64,000 nt of DNA from assembly GCA_003563385.1 (NCBI GenBank), contig PWRZ01000181.1:3146-67145 (forward strand), written 5' to 3'. The DNA is from Syntrophomonadaceae bacterium. GTDB lineage: Bacteria; Bacillota; Dethiobacteria; DTU022; UBA8154. Positions 19,114-29,969 of the stretch are shown here, piece after piece. A program made the position numbers and the translations under genes. The notes beneath the pieces are model-generated. The model saw nothing but the letters and a program-made list of their open reading frames with translations, did not search any database and was not told the DNA's origin. Each line of letters begins with the position of its first letter. Position 1 is the first letter of the stretch.

Positions 19114-21219
19114 TTGATGTATCTTGTTATTGTAGAGTCACCGGCTAAAGCGAGGACCATAGGCAAATTATTAGGGCGCAAGTACAGGGTTAAAGCTTCC
19201 ATGGGTCACCTGGTAGATCTGCCCAGGAGCCAGCTCGGAATTGACAAACAAAACGATTTTGAACCCAAGTACATAACCATAAGGGGAAAGGGTAAAATTT
19301 TGAAAGAGCTGAAAGAGGCCCGTAAAAAGGCCAGCCATGTATACCTGGCCACTGACCCCGACAGGGAGGGGGAAGCAATCAGCTGGCACCTGAGCAGTGC
19401 CCTGAAGCTCGATAGCGATAAAGCGAGCCGGGTGGAGTTTAATGAAATAACAAAGAAAGCTGTCAGGGAGGCTTTTTCCAACCCGCGCTACCTTGATGTA
19501 AACAAGTTTGAGGCACAGCAGGCCAGGCGCGTCCTGGACAGACTGGTCGGCTACATGATCAGCCCGCTGCTTTGGGAAAGAGTCCGCAAGGGCCTCAGTG
19601 CCGGCAGGGTCCAGTCCGTGGCGGTCCGCCTTATTTGTGACCGCGAAAAAGAAATCGAAATTTTTGTCCCCCAGGAGTACTGGTCCATCGAAGGCTCCTT
19701 TAAAGAAGCGGCCGGCAGCACTTTTACGGCAAAGTTTTACGGCCTAAAGGACAAGAAAATATCGCTTTCCAGCGAAGGAGAAACTGAAGAGATACTGAAG
19801 AAGCTACGCGGGAATAGAGCACAGGTAAACAGGGTAAACAGGCGGGAAAGGCGGCGCAACCCGGCCCCGCCCTTTACTACCAGCACCCTGCAGCAGGAGG
19901 CTTTCCGGAGGCTCGGTTTTACCACCAAAAGGACCATGAGGGCAGCACAGCAGCTTTACGAGGGCATTGAAGTGGGGACCAAAAAAGAAAGCATCGGACT
20001 GATTACTTACATGAGGACCGATGCCGCCAGGGTCTCCCCCGCTGCACAGGAAGAGGCGACGGACTTTATTAAAGAGCGCTTCGGAGAACAATACCTCCCG
20101 CCGAGCGCAAGAAAATACAGCGCCCGGAAAGGGGCGCAGGAAGCCCACGAAGCCATACGGCCGACCTCTGTTTTTAGAGAGCCCGACAGTATAAAAAAGA
20201 GCCTGGGCAGGGACCAGTACCGCCTTTACAAGTTGATCTGGGAACGCTTTTTGGCCAGCCAGATGGAATCGGCCCTCGTAGAACAGGTCCGGGTGGATAT
20301 AATGAGCGGTGATTATATGTTCAAGGCAAACGGCTCCACGACCACGTTTGCCGGTTTTACCGTTGTATATGACCCCGGCAGCGATAAAAGAAAAGACAAC
20401 CCGCTGCCTCCCCTGCAGGAGGGACAGGAGTTGGAGCTGGTCTCACTGAAACCGGCACAGCACTTCACCCAACCCCCGCCCCGCTATTCAGAGGCCTCCC
20501 TTGTGAAAACAATGGAGAACAGGGGAATTGGCAGGCCCAGCACTTATTCACCTACCATTGAGACCATTCAGAGCAGGGGATACGTCGTTAAGGAGGAAAA
20601 GGTGCTGAGGCCTACCGAGCTGGGGTTTGTCATTGCTGACCTGATGAAAGATTACTTCCCGGAGATCATCGATATAGATTTTACGGCACAGCTGGAGGAT
20701 AAGCTGGATAAAATTGAGGCCGGGGGGCTTTCCTGGCTTGGAGTTATTAATGAGTTTTACGAGCCATTCAAGGACCGCCTGGAGGTGGCCCGGGAAAAGA
20801 TGGCCAAGGTCCATATCGTAGATGAAGAGACAGAAGAGACCTGCCCCCTGTGCGGCAAGAACCTGGTAAAGAAATTTGGACGTTACGGGGAATTCCTGGC
20901 CTGTCCCGGTTTTCCGGAGTGCCGCTATACCAAGCAGCCCGGGGTTGATACAGGAGTAGAGTGCCCTCTCTGCGGGGAAGGCAGCATTGTGGAGCGCCGC
21001 AGCAAAAAAGGGAGAAAGTTTTACGGCTGCAGTAATTACCCCGGCTGTGAATTCGCGGTATGGGATAAACCGGCTGGGAAAAACTGTCCGGACTGCGGCT
21101 ATCTCATGGTAGAAAAGAAAAGCAGGGAAGGCCTGTTTTACCGCTGCGGCAGCAAGTCATGCCAGCACCGGGAGGAAGTAATGTTAACCGGAAGTGAAGG
21201 TGGCAGCAGCGGCCGATGA
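19114..21219 (+). CDS. topA: DNA topoisomerase I with C-terminal zinc ribbons
   Basis: VIVESPAKARTIGKLLG..GHLVDLP Toprim N-terminus, then three C-terminal CxxC...CxxC zinc ribbons. Confidence 0.9.
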   Translation: MMYLVIVESPAKARTIGKLLGRKYRVKASMGHLVDLPRSQLGIDKQNDFEPKYITIRGKGKILKELKEARKKASHVYLATDPDREGEAISWHLSSALKLDSDKASRVEFNEITKKAVREAFSNPRYLDVNKFEAQQARRVLDRLVGYMISPLLWERVRKGLSAGRVQSVAVRLICDREKEIEIFVPQEYWSIEGSFKEAAGSTFTAKFYGLKDKKISLSSEGETEEILKKLRGNRAQVNRVNRRERRRNPAPPFTTSTLQQEAFRRLGFTTKRTMRAAQQLYEGIEVGTKKESIGLITYMRTDAARVSPAAQEEATDFIKERFGEQYLPPSARKYSARKGAQEAHEAIRPTSVFREPDSIKKSLGRDQYRLYKLIWERFLASQMESALVEQVRVDIMSGDYMFKANGSTTTFAGFTVVYDPGSDKRKDNPLPPLQEGQELELVSLKPAQHFTQPPPRYSEASLVKTMENRGIGRPSTYSPTIETIQSRGYVVKEEKVLRPTELGFVIADLMKDYFPEIIDIDFTAQLEDKLDKIEAGGLSWLGVINEFYEPFKDRLEVAREKMAKVHIVDEETEETCPLCGKNLVKKFGRYGEFLACPGFPECRYTKQPGVDTGVECPLCGEGSIVERRSKKGRKFYGCSNYPGCEFAVWDKPAGKNCPDCGYLMVEKKSREGLFYRCGSKSCQHREEVMLTGSEGGSSGR

Positions 21220-22546
21220 CAAAAAGGGGGGTGTTGTTATCCCGGGGATAGTTACAGTGGTTGGAGCCGGGCTGGCAGGTTCGGAAGCGGCGTGGCAGAT
21301 TGCCCAAAGGGGAATCCCCGTCCGCCTGCTGGAGATGAGACCTTACACGATGACCCCGGCCCACAACAGCGGTTTTTTTGGCGAGCTTGTCTGCAGCAAT
21401 TCGCTGCGGGCCCTTTCGCTGCAGAATGCGGTAGGGCTTCTCAAGGAAGAAATGAGGCAGCTCCATTCATTTATTATGCAGTGTGCGGTGCAAACCCAAA
21501 TCCCGGCCGGGGGCGCCCTGGCCGTGGACAGGGAAGAGTTTGCCCGACAGATTACCACCAGGCTGCAGGAACATCCCCTGGTGGAGGTATGCTTTAAAGA
21601 GGTTAAGGAAGTGCCCCCTGAAAGGCCTGTTATAATAGCTACGGGGCCTCTCACTTCTCCGGAGCTGTCGCGCTCACTGGAGCTGTTAACAGGCACTGGC
21701 AAGCTCTATTTTTATGATGCTGCAGCGCCGATAGTGTCTTTCCAGTCTATTAATATGGAAAAAGCCTTTTTCGCCTCCCGTTACGGGAAGGGAGGAGAGG
21801 ATTATTTAAACTGCCCCATGAACCGGGATGAATATGAGCTGTTTTGGGAAGAGCTGTGCCGGGGCGAAGTATATGCAGCCAAGGAATTTGAAAAAGAAAT
21901 ATTTTTCGAGGGCTGTATGCCCGTAGAGGTTCTGGCGAGAAGGGGAATAGATACTTTAAGGTTCGGCCCCTTGAAGCCGGTGGGCATTGTAAACCCCGCC
22001 ACGCGTGAGCAGCCCCATGCTGTTGTCCAGCTGCGAATGGATAACAGGGAGGGGACGCTTTACAACATGGTTGGTTTTCAAACGCGCTTAAAAAGGGGAG
22101 AGCAAAAGCGTATTTTCCGCCTTATTCCCGGGCTGGAAGAGGCCGTTTTTGTCCGTTACGGCATGATGCACCGCAACACTTTTATTAACTCCCCGCTCCT
22201 GCTTTCGCCGACGCTGGAAATGAAGGCACACCGGGGCATCTTTTTCGCCGGCCAGATAACCGGTTCAGAAGGTTACGTTGAATCGGCGGCTACCGGGATA
22301 GTGGCCGGTTTAAATGCCTGCTGCTACATGCGGGGTATTGAAGGCCTTGTTTTCCCGCCAGAAACGGCAATAGGGGCCCTGGTTAACTATATTACCACAG
22401 CGGCGGACCCGGCCTGCTTTCAACCGATGAATGTTAACTACGGGCTTTTCCCTGTCCTTCCCCAAAAGGTACCCAAACGAAAGCGCAAGGAAATGCTGGC
22501 GCGCCGCAGCCTGGAAATTTTGTCGGCATTTCGGAAATATTTATAG
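21194..22546 (+). CDS. trmFO: Methylenetetrahydrofolate--tRNA-(uracil54-C5)-methyltransferase TrmFO (Gid)
   Basis: VTVVGAGLAGSEAAWQIAQRGIPVRLLEMRP FAD-binding N-terminus. Start uncertain; the GTG at 21194 overlaps the topA end by 26 nt. Confidence 0.85.
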   Translation: MKVAAAADDKKGGVVIPGIVTVVGAGLAGSEAAWQIAQRGIPVRLLEMRPYTMTPAHNSGFFGELVCSNSLRALSLQNAVGLLKEEMRQLHSFIMQCAVQTQIPAGGALAVDREEFARQITTRLQEHPLVEVCFKEVKEVPPERPVIIATGPLTSPELSRSLELLTGTGKLYFYDAAAPIVSFQSINMEKAFFASRYGKGGEDYLNCPMNRDEYELFWEELCRGEVYAAKEFEKEIFFEGCMPVEVLARRGIDTLRFGPLKPVGIVNPATREQPHAVVQLRMDNREGTLYNMVGFQTRLKRGEQKRIFRLIPGLEEAVFVRYGMMHRNTFINSPLLLSPTLEMKAHRGIFFAGQITGSEGYVESAATGIVAGLNACCYMRGIEGLVFPPETAIGALVNYITTAADPACFQPMNVNYGLFPVLPQKVPKRKRKEMLARRSLEILSAFRKYL

Positions 22547-22601
22547 GGTCTGCTTGCATAAAAGATGGGCTTATGCTAATATTTTAAAGAAGGTTAAAAT
22601 T

Positions 22602-23498
22602 ATGAATAGCATTTTAAATAATTATATTACATCATTGAAAGTAGAAAAAAATTTTGCTATTCTAACTATAGACAATTACAGGAGAGATATTGAGCAGTTT
22701 TTACGCTTCCTTGATCATAACGGCCTGCAGCTGCTGGAAGTCGATTACCGTCATTTGCGCCGTTACCTGGCCGTGCTAAAGGAATACCGTTATGCACGCA
22801 GTTCCATTGCCAGGAAGCTTTCGGCAATAAGGAGCTTTTTGCGTTACCTTAAAAGGGATGGGCTTATCGGGGACAACAGCTGGGAAATTGTAGCCACGCC
22901 CAAAAAGGGCCGGAAGCTTCCCCGCTTCCTTTATGCAGATGAGGTCCTGGAGTTGCTGGAAGCACCACCGCGGGAGACACTCCTGGGTAAAAGAGATCGC
23001 GCTTTACTGGAAGTCATTTATGGCAGCGGTATCAGGGTAAGCGAGCTGGTCAGCCTGGATATAAATTCTGTAGATATGGATGAAGGCCTGTTGAAAGTTA
23101 CCGGTAAAGGTTCGCGGGAAAGAACCGTCCCTCTTGGAGCCTATGCATCACGGGCCCTGTCACTGTACCAGCGGAAAAGCAGGCCATTTTTAGAAATCCG
23201 CAACAAGGAAATCCAAAAGACGGCGGCTCTTTTTTTAAATCGCTTTGGCACCAGGTTGTCCGATAGAAGCGCCAGGAGGATAGTGTATAAATATGGACAA
23301 AAAATTTGTGCCGGGTTCCAGTTAAGCCCCCACGTGTTGAGGCATTCTTTCGCCAGCCATCTATTGAATGCAGGGGCGGACTTGAGAGTCATACAGGAGC
23401 TGCTCGGCCATGTTTCTGTTTCAACTACGCAAATGTACATACACATTACCAAGGAAGAGCTGAAAAGAACATATCTGGGTGCCCATCCAAGGGCCTAG
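22602..23498 (+). CDS. xerC: Tyrosine recombinase XerC (CodV)
   Basis: The catalytic R..HxxR..Y (..LRHSFASHLL...LGHVSVSTTQMYIH) is present. ATG at 22602; the ORF-track start 22431 is an upstream extension that overlaps trmFO. Confidence 0.85.
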   Translation: MNSILNNYITSLKVEKNFAILTIDNYRRDIEQFLRFLDHNGLQLLEVDYRHLRRYLAVLKEYRYARSSIARKLSAIRSFLRYLKRDGLIGDNSWEIVATPKKGRKLPRFLYADEVLELLEAPPRETLLGKRDRALLEVIYGSGIRVSELVSLDINSVDMDEGLLKVTGKGSRERTVPLGAYASRALSLYQRKSRPFLEIRNKEIQKTAALFLNRFGTRLSDRSARRIVYKYGQKICAGFQLSPHVLRHSFASHLLNAGADLRVIQELLGHVSVSTTQMYIHITKEELKRTYLGAHPRA

Positions 23499-23513
23499 TA
23501 ATGGATATAGAGG

Positions 23514-24056
23514 GTGAAGTACGGGTTGTTTAAAGCAACGACCATACTGGCGGTAAAAAAGGGACAAAACGTGGCTATCGGCGGTGACGGGCAGGTTACC
23601 ATGTCCGGCAGCATTATCATGAAGCACCAGGCCCGAAAGGTTAGAAAGCTTTACAAGGACAAAGTTGTTGCCGGGTTTGCCGGGTCGGTTGCCGATGCTT
23701 TCACGCTGTTTGAAAAGTTTGAAGAACAGCTCGACAGCTATCACGGCAACCTTAGAAGAGCCGCTGTCGAACTGGCCAAGGAGTGGCGTACCGACCGTTA
23801 CTTGAGAAGGCTTGAAGCTTTGCTTGTAGTGGCTACCAGGGACAGCCTGCTGATTGTATCAGGTACGGGGGAGGTTATCGAACCTGATGATGGTGTTGCC
23901 GCCATCGGGTCGGGAGGTGCGTACGCCCTTTCTGCCGCAAAGGCGCTGTTGAGAAATACGGATATGGGCGCTGCCGAAATTGCGCGCACTGCCCTGTTGA
24001 TAGCGTCGGAAGTGTGTATATACACAAACGACAGTATTATTGTTGAAGAAGTATAA
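23514..24056 (+). CDS. hslV: ATP-dependent protease subunit HslV (ClpQ)
   Basis: ..[25 protein letters not shown].. with the catalytic N-terminal Thr of HslV. Confidence 0.85.
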   Translation: MKYGLFKATTILAVKKGQNVAIGGDGQVTMSGSIIMKHQARKVRKLYKDKVVAGFAGSVADAFTLFEKFEEQLDSYHGNLRRAAVELAKEWRTDRYLRRLEALLVVATRDSLLIVSGTGEVIEPDDGVAAIGSGGAYALSAAKALLRNTDMGAAEIARTALLIASEVCIYTNDSIIVEEV

Positions 24057-24076
24057 AGGTATAAAGGTATAAAGGA
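24050..24076. repeat. Microsatellite (GTATAAAG)x3 at the hslV stop / hslV-hslU spacer
   Basis: gaagtataaaggtataaaggtataaagga has three perfect 8-nt units. Confidence 0.5.
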
Positions 24077-24119
24077 CCGCTTAATATTTTAAACGTGGAG
24101 GTGCCCGCTAAAAGGGTTT

Positions 24120-25544
24120 ATGACTGGACTGGATACAGAGCTGACACCAAAAGAGATTGTTAGGGAACTGGATCAATATATCATCGGGCAGGATGAAGCC
24201 AAGAAGTGCATGGCTGTTGCGCTTCGCAACAGGTACCGCCGCAGGAGAGTAGAGGGGAGTATCAAGGACGAGATTATTCCCAAGAATATTATCATGATCG
24301 GCCCTACGGGGGTAGGCAAAACCGAAATTGCCAGGAGGCTGGCGAAGCTGGTCAATGCCCCCTTTATAAAGGTTGAAGCAACCAAGTTTACAGAAGTAGG
24401 TTATGTAGGTCGTGATGTGGACTCCATAGTCAGGGATCTTGTAGAGACTGCGGTCAGGATAGTAAAGGCGGAAAAAATAGGCTTTGTTAAAGAAAAGGCT
24501 GCCGAGCTGGCCGAAGAAAGGCTTTTGGACCTTCTTGCTCCCGCTCCCAGAAGACAAAAGAGCGCTGTTAACCCCCTGGAACTTTTTTTTCAAACTTCGG
24601 GGGACTTCGATTCCGCACAGGAGGGCCATTCCCAGGAATATGCGGAGGCACTGGCCAGGTCGAAAGAAGAGCGCGAAAAGATGCGCGATATGCTGAAAAA
24701 GGGGGAGCTGGAAGAAGACCTGGTCGAAATTGAAGTGGAAGATCGTTCTCCGCCAATGCTGGATGTATTTTCCGGGCTGGGGATGGAAGAAGTGGGTTCC
24801 AGTATCCAGGATCTTTTCGGGAACATCATGCCGCGCAAGAAAAAAAAGAAGAAAGTTCCTTTGAAGCAGGCCCGCCGAATACTGCAGCAGGAAGAAGGGG
24901 AAAAGCTGATTGACATGGATGAAGTGACAGGCGATGCTGTTGAGAGGGCCGAGCAGACCGGCATTGTATTCCTGGACGAGTTGGATAAAATTGCCGGCAA
25001 AGACTCTTCCGGGAGCGGACCGGATGTATCGAGGGAGGGAGTGCAAAGAGATATACTGCCGATTGTGGAAGGATCTACTGTAATGACCAAGTACGGGCCA
25101 GTAAAAACCGATCACATGCTCTTTGTTGCTGCAGGTGCATTCCATTTTACGAAACCGTCTGACTTGATTCCCGAGCTGCAGGGGCGCTTCCCGATCAGGG
25201 TGGAGCTGCAGAGCTTGACAAAAGACGACTTTAAAAGGATACTGACAGAACCGCAAAATGCTCTTACCAGGCAGTATTATTCGCTGCTGATGACGGAAGG
25301 TGTCAGCCTGCGCTTTACCGAAGATGGCATAGAGGAGATTGCCGCGTTTACCAGTGTCTTGAACGATGATATGGAAAATATAGGGGCCAGGAGGCTGCAC
25401 ACGATCATGGAGAAGCTGCTGGAAGATATTTCTTACGATGCCCCGGAGCTAAAAGGCGAGCAGTTTGTTATTGACAGCGATTACGTGAAGAATAAATTGA
25501 GAGATATTGTTAAAAATAGAGATTTGAGTAGATTTATTTTATAA
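24120..25544 (+). CDS. hslU: ATP-dependent protease ATPase subunit HslU (ClpY)
   Basis: ..[21 protein letters not shown]... Walker [16 protein letters not shown]. 474 aa. Confidence 0.9.
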   Translation: MTGLDTELTPKEIVRELDQYIIGQDEAKKCMAVALRNRYRRRRVEGSIKDEIIPKNIIMIGPTGVGKTEIARRLAKLVNAPFIKVEATKFTEVGYVGRDVDSIVRDLVETAVRIVKAEKIGFVKEKAAELAEERLLDLLAPAPRRQKSAVNPLELFFQTSGDFDSAQEGHSQEYAEALARSKEEREKMRDMLKKGELEEDLVEIEVEDRSPPMLDVFSGLGMEEVGSSIQDLFGNIMPRKKKKKKVPLKQARRILQQEEGEKLIDMDEVTGDAVERAEQTGIVFLDELDKIAGKDSSGSGPDVSREGVQRDILPIVEGSTVMTKYGPVKTDHMLFVAAGAFHFTKPSDLIPELQGRFPIRVELQSLTKDDFKRILTEPQNALTRQYYSLLMTEGVSLRFTEDGIEEIAAFTSVLNDDMENIGARRLHTIMEKLLEDISYDAPELKGEQFVIDSDYVKNKLRDIVKNRDLSRFIL

Positions 25545-25595
25545 TTTAAGCTATAATTTTAAATTGTAGGACAATAAGTGAAAGAGGTGAAAACG

Positions 25596-26396
25596 TTGAT
25601 AACGTCCCCTTTGTTAGAAAAAACGCGCCGAATTAATAAAATACTTCAAAAAACGGCCGGCCAGAGGGTAGATTTTTTTGAAGTAGCAGAAGTATTAAAA
25701 AATGTAATCCATGCCAACGTTTATATTGTCGAAAAGGACGGTAAAATACTGGGCTATGCCCTGGTTGATGAGTTTGAGTGCGAGATAATGGTTAACCAGG
25801 TGCTCAAAAACAGCGAGTTCCCGGAGCGTTACAATGAATTCCTTCTGCGCGACGATGAGACAAAAGTTAATACGCCGCAGAAGACTAACGACTGCGTGTT
25901 TGTGAGCGATGAAACCTGTCTTTTTACCAATAAGATTTCCACAATTCTTCCCATACTGGGGGGTGGAAAGCGGCTCGGTACTTTGCTGCTGGCTCGCTTT
26001 GCCGAATCCTTTGATGCCGAGGACCTTATCCTGGGTGAAATAGGTGCCACTGTCGTAGGAATGGAAATTTTGAGATCTAAAGCGGAGAAGATCGAGCTGG
26101 AGGCCAGGAACAAGGCCGTAGTGCAGCTTGCCATTGGGACGCTTTCTTACTCCGAGCTGGAAGCGGTGGAGCATATTTTTGAAGAGCTGGATGGCGATGA
26201 AGGCCTCCTGGTTGCCAGCAAAATTGCCGATCAGCTCGGTATAACCCGCTCTGTGATCGTCAATGCCCTGCGCAAGTTTGAAAGTGCAGGGGTAATCGAG
26301 TCACGTTCCCTGGGCATGAAGGGGACGTATATAAAAGTGTTGAATCCTTACCTGCTGGAGCAGCTGGCTAAAAAGAAAAAGTCCTTCCACAAGTAA
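25596..26396 (+). CDS. codY: GTP-sensing pleiotropic repressor CodY
   Basis: Near-full-length match to the CodY pattern (..[14 protein letters not shown].., C-terminal ..[44 protein letters not shown]..). TTG start at 25596 with an AAGAGGTGA Shine-Dalgarno 8 nt upstream. The ORF-track start 25578 has no Shine-Dalgarno. Confidence 0.9.
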   Translation: MITSPLLEKTRRINKILQKTAGQRVDFFEVAEVLKNVIHANVYIVEKDGKILGYALVDEFECEIMVNQVLKNSEFPERYNEFLLRDDETKVNTPQKTNDCVFVSDETCLFTNKISTILPILGGGKRLGTLLLARFAESFDAEDLILGEIGATVVGMEILRSKAEKIELEARNKAVVQLAIGTLSYSELEAVEHIFEELDGDEGLLVASKIADQLGITRSVIVNALRKFESAGVIESRSLGMKGTYIKVLNPYLLEQLAKKKKSFHK

Positions 26397-26428
26397 GAAT
26401 ACAACTAATAATAAGATCTTGACCCTTT

Positions 26429-26462
26429 ATAACAGCCGTACGGCTGTTATTTTCTTGTTGGT
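26429..26462 (+). terminator. Rho-independent terminator after codY
   Basis: Perfect palindrome AACAGCCGTACGGCTGTT followed by ATTTTCTTGTT. Confidence 0.6.
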
Positions 26463-26574
26463 CTGCCCGGGCATAATAATATATGGGCCGGTCTAGTATA
26501 AATGGAGGCAGCCGCTATATTATCCTCCCTTTACAGGAAGCTGCATGGTTAAATTAGCTTAAATAACAGCATTA

Positions 26575-26603
26575 TTGCCATTTCCGCTAAACTGTGTTAT
26601 ACT
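26575..26603 (+). promoter_or_regulatory. Sigma-A promoter of the rpsB-tsf operon (TTGCCA-17-TATACT with TG extension)
   Basis: TTGCCAtttccgctaaactgtgtTATACT. It lies inside the ORF-track 5' extension of rpsB, so that extension is non-coding. A ~115-nt leader with a CCGGAG..CTCCGG hairpin follows. Confidence 0.55.
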
Positions 26604-26724
26604 ACGTAATGGCTTTTTAAGCTGCACCAAAACACACACAGCAGTAATTCCGGAGAGGTGCCCCACAGGGCCCTCCGGCATAATGACCTGCGGTGGAGGA
26701 AAAACCAGAAGGAGGAAGACAAAA

Positions 26725-27606
26725 ATGCCGGTTGTCAGCATGAAACAGTTGTTGGAGGCAGGGGTTCACTTTGGCCATCAAACCAGGCGCTGGAACCCCA
26801 AGATGCGCGATTTTATTTTTACGGAGCGGAACGGGATCTATATTATTGACCTGCAGAAAACGGTCCGCCTCATGGACGTGGCTTATAACTTTGTTAAGAA
26901 GCTGACCATGGAAGGCGAGAAAATTCTTTTTGTAGGGACAAAAAAACAGGCGCAGGAGTCCATAGTTGATGAAGCGACCCGCTGTGAAATGCTTTATGTG
27001 AACCAGCGCTGGCTCGGAGGTATGCTGACCAATTTTAAAACGATACGCAAGCGCATAGACAGGCTCTTTGAGCTGGAAAAAATGGAGGAAGAAGATGTTT
27101 TCTCCGTTTTGCCCAAAAAGGAAGTCATAAAGCTGCGCCATGAGCAGGAAAAGTTAAGGAAGTTTATTGGTGGTATCAGCAGCATGCAGGAGCTTCCTGG
27201 TGCTGTATTTATTGTCGACCCGCGGAAAGAAAAAATTGCCGTGGCCGAGGCCAGAAAGCTGCAGATACCAATTGTAGCCATAGTGGATACAAATTGCGAC
27301 CCCGATGAAATTGATTATATAATACCGGGTAACGATGATGCCATAAGGGCTGTCAGGCTGATAACTTCCAGGATGGCCGATGCTGTCCTCGAAGGAAAAC
27401 AGGGCCTGCAGCTTGCCGAGCAGGAGGCCAGGGAGAGGGCCGAAGGTAAAGAGCAGGCTGAACAGCCGGCAGATGATGCAGAAGTAGAGGGTGAGGAGAC
27501 AGCTGCTGCCGGCAGCCCCGAGCCCTCGGGGAAAGAAGAAAAAGAAGAAATAGAAGAGAAAGAAGAAGGACCGGCCAAGGAAGAGGAAGAAGTCGAACGT
27601 GCCTAA
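26725..27606 (+). CDS. rpsB: 30S ribosomal protein S2 with a long acidic C-terminal extension
   Basis: [27 protein letters not shown] canonical N-terminus; GGAGG Shine-Dalgarno. The C-terminal ~60 aa is E/K/A-rich low complexity. Confidence 0.9.
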   Translation: MPVVSMKQLLEAGVHFGHQTRRWNPKMRDFIFTERNGIYIIDLQKTVRLMDVAYNFVKKLTMEGEKILFVGTKKQAQESIVDEATRCEMLYVNQRWLGGMLTNFKTIRKRIDRLFELEKMEEEDVFSVLPKKEVIKLRHEQEKLRKFIGGISSMQELPGAVFIVDPRKEKIAVAEARKLQIPIVAIVDTNCDPDEIDYIIPGNDDAIRAVRLITSRMADAVLEGKQGLQLAEQEARERAEGKEQAEQPADDAEVEGEETAAAGSPEPSGKEEKEEIEEKEEGPAKEEEEVERA

Positions 27607-27659
27607 AGATAACAACAAAGCCGTTCCAGGCTGCATCTAAACAAAACGGAGCTAAGGAA

Positions 27660-28289
27660 GTGATTGCCTTGATAACCGCACAAATGGTAAAAGAACTCCG
27701 GGGCATAACCGGTGCCGGGATGATGGATTGCAAAAAAGCCCTCGTCGAAACCGGGGGAGATAAAGAGAAAGCGATTGCTTTGCTGCGCGAAAAAGGGTTG
27801 TCCAAGGCAGCCAAAAGGGCCGGCAGGGTTGCCTCGCAGGGCGCCATAGATTCTTATATCCATCTCGGGGGCAAGGTCGGTGTTATGGTGGAAGTAAACT
27901 GCGAAACTGATTTTGTGGCACGCAACGAAGATTTCAAGTCTTTTGTCAGGGATATCTGCCTGCAGGTTGCCGCTGCCACCCCGCCTTACCTGAGCCGCGA
28001 GCAGGTCCCGGCAGATGTTGTTGAAGAAGAAAAAGAGATACTGCGCAAGCAGGTTATTCATGAAGGCAAGCCCGAAAAAGTGATCGACAAAATTGTCTCC
28101 GGGCGCCTGGAGAAATATTTTGAGGAAAACTGCCTCCTGGAGCAGCTTTTTATCAAGGACCAGAAGATAACCATCAGTGAACTGCTCACCGAAAAAATTG
28201 CCCAGATAGGGGAAAATATCGTTATCCGCCGTTTTGTTCGTTTTGAGCTGGGAGAAGACCTTGAGAAAAGGGGTTCCTGCTCACAGTAA
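27660..28289 (+). CDS. tsf: Elongation factor Ts (short form)
   Basis: ITAQMVKELRGITGAGMMDCKKAL N-terminal UBA-like segment. 209 aa. Confidence 0.9.
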   Translation: MIALITAQMVKELRGITGAGMMDCKKALVETGGDKEKAIALLREKGLSKAAKRAGRVASQGAIDSYIHLGGKVGVMVEVNCETDFVARNEDFKSFVRDICLQVAAATPPYLSREQVPADVVEEEKEILRKQVIHEGKPEKVIDKIVSGRLEKYFEENCLLEQLFIKDQKITISELLTEKIAQIGENIVIRRFVRFELGEDLEKRGSCSQ

Positions 28290-28356
28290 AATGAGAGCCG
28301 CTAAAGAACACTTTCAAAAAAGTGTTCTTTTTTAAAGGATAGCCGCCTGGAGGTTA

Positions 28357-29088
28357 GTGATGAATGTGCCGGTTTATAAGAGAGTCGTTTTGAAGTTAAG
28401 CGGAGAAGCAATGGCCGGGGACAAACAGTACGGGATTGACAATAGTGTTGTCAAAAATATTGCTGAACAGATTAAGGAAGTAAAAAAATATGGTGTTGAA
28501 ATAGCAGTTGTTGTTGGGGGAGGCAATATCTGGAGAGGTTCCTATGCCAGTGATAGAGGCATGGACCGTGCCACGGCCGATTACATGGGCATGCTCGCCA
28601 CTGTTATTAACGCTCTTTCCCTGCAGGATGCCCTGGAGAGCCTGGAAGTTGATACAAGGGTGCAGTCGGCCATAGAAATGCGCCAGGTAGCCGAACCGTA
28701 CATCCGCAGGAGGGCCATCAGGCACCTTGAAAAAGGCCGGGTGGTAATATTTGCAGGCGGCACCGGGAACCCTTATTTTTCTACCGATACCACCGCCGCC
28801 TTGAGGGCGGCCGAGATTGAAGCGGAAGTTATACTGCTGGCCAAGGGCAAGGTGGACGCCGTTTATAATATGGACCCCCTGGTAAACCCGGAAGCACAAA
28901 AGTTCAGTGAGCTCAGCTATATTGACGTCATCAAGTGGGGATTGGGGGTAATGGATTCCACGGCAGCTTCCCTGTGCATGGACAATAAGATAACGCTTGT
29001 TGTTTTTGGGTTAAATAAGTCCGGCAATATCAAGAGAGTGATAATGGGGGAAAGATTGGGAACAATTGTAAGGGGGGAGGTTATCTAA
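28357..29088 (+). CDS. pyrH: UMP kinase
   Basis: [10 protein letters not shown]..., [24 protein letters not shown] motifs. Confidence 0.9.
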   Translation: MMNVPVYKRVVLKLSGEAMAGDKQYGIDNSVVKNIAEQIKEVKKYGVEIAVVVGGGNIWRGSYASDRGMDRATADYMGMLATVINALSLQDALESLEVDTRVQSAIEMRQVAEPYIRRRAIRHLEKGRVVIFAGGTGNPYFSTDTTAALRAAEIEAEVILLAKGKVDAVYNMDPLVNPEAQKFSELSYIDVIKWGLGVMDSTAASLCMDNKITLVVFGLNKSGNIKRVIMGERLGTIVRGEVI

Positions 29089-29648
29089 TGGTAATGGAAG
29101 ATATTTTTAAAAGCTCAGAGGATAAGATGAAAAAAAGTGTAGAGGTCTTCAACAAAGACTTGAGCACCCTCAGGGCTGCTCGAGCGGTTCCTTCCTTGCT
29201 TGACAAGGTTAATGTTGATTACTTTGGCAACCCTACCCCGCTTAACCAGTTGGCAAGTATATCAGCACCTGAACCGAGGCTGCTCGTTGTTCAGCCGTGG
29301 GACAAAAGCATTATTGCGGATATCGAAAAAGCACTTATGAAATCGGACCTCGGCCTTACTCCCAGCAATGACGGCAATGTAATCCGCCTGACCATACCGC
29401 AGCTTACCGAGGAAAGAAGGAAGGAACTGGTTAAAGTAATACGCAAGAAGGCTGAAGAAGCCAGGGTTGCCGTGAGGAATATCCGCCGGGAAGCAAACGA
29501 CCGCCTGAAATCGGTAGAGAAAAAGGGAGAAATAACAGAGGACCAGCTGAGGAATAGCCAGGAAAGAGTGCAGAAGATAACAGACAGCCAAATAGAGGAG
29601 ATCGACAATATTTTTGAAACCAAGGAAAAGGAAATAATGGAAGTATGA
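29088..29648 (+). CDS. frr: Ribosome recycling factor
   Basis: ..[35 protein letters not shown].. 186 aa. Confidence 0.9.
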   Translation: MVMEDIFKSSEDKMKKSVEVFNKDLSTLRAARAVPSLLDKVNVDYFGNPTPLNQLASISAPEPRLLVVQPWDKSIIADIEKALMKSDLGLTPSNDGNVIRLTIPQLTEERRKELVKVIRKKAEEARVAVRNIRREANDRLKSVEKKGEITEDQLRNSQERVQKITDSQIEEIDNIFETKEKEIMEV

Positions 29649-29896
29649 GAAACCGTGGTGAAGCGACTGCAGTAGTTGATGACATACCCGATGTTACTGC
29701 CCTGCGCCTGGATGAAGCCATCGGTGTGCTTAAAGAAAAGGGGTTCTCTTTTTACCTGAGAAAAACTGCCTCTTACGGTACTGCCGGAGCGGGGCCGGGC
29801 GAATGTCATGCAGAGATATACCGTGTTGTGAGGCAGACCCCGGTCGGGAAAGAAGAATTGGAGCTTACTATAGCCGCGGAAGCCTGTCATAAGTAA
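29645..29896 (+). CDS. Small hypothetical protein with a PASTA-like fold signature
   Basis: 83 aa. [21 protein letters not shown]...[12 protein letters not shown].. fits the PASTA consensus (vPDv.G.t.deA...L...G......v..Q.P..G). ATGA overlap with the frr stop. Confidence 0.4.
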   Translation: MRNRGEATAVVDDIPDVTALRLDEAIGVLKEKGFSFYLRKTASYGTAGAGPGECHAEIYRVVRQTPVGKEELELTIAAEACHK

Positions 29897-29969
29897 TAAA
29901 CAATAGTTACTTACTGGCCTTTGCCCCCTTAGCGGGGGTTTATTTATAAGTTTTGCCGGGTGATAAAGT

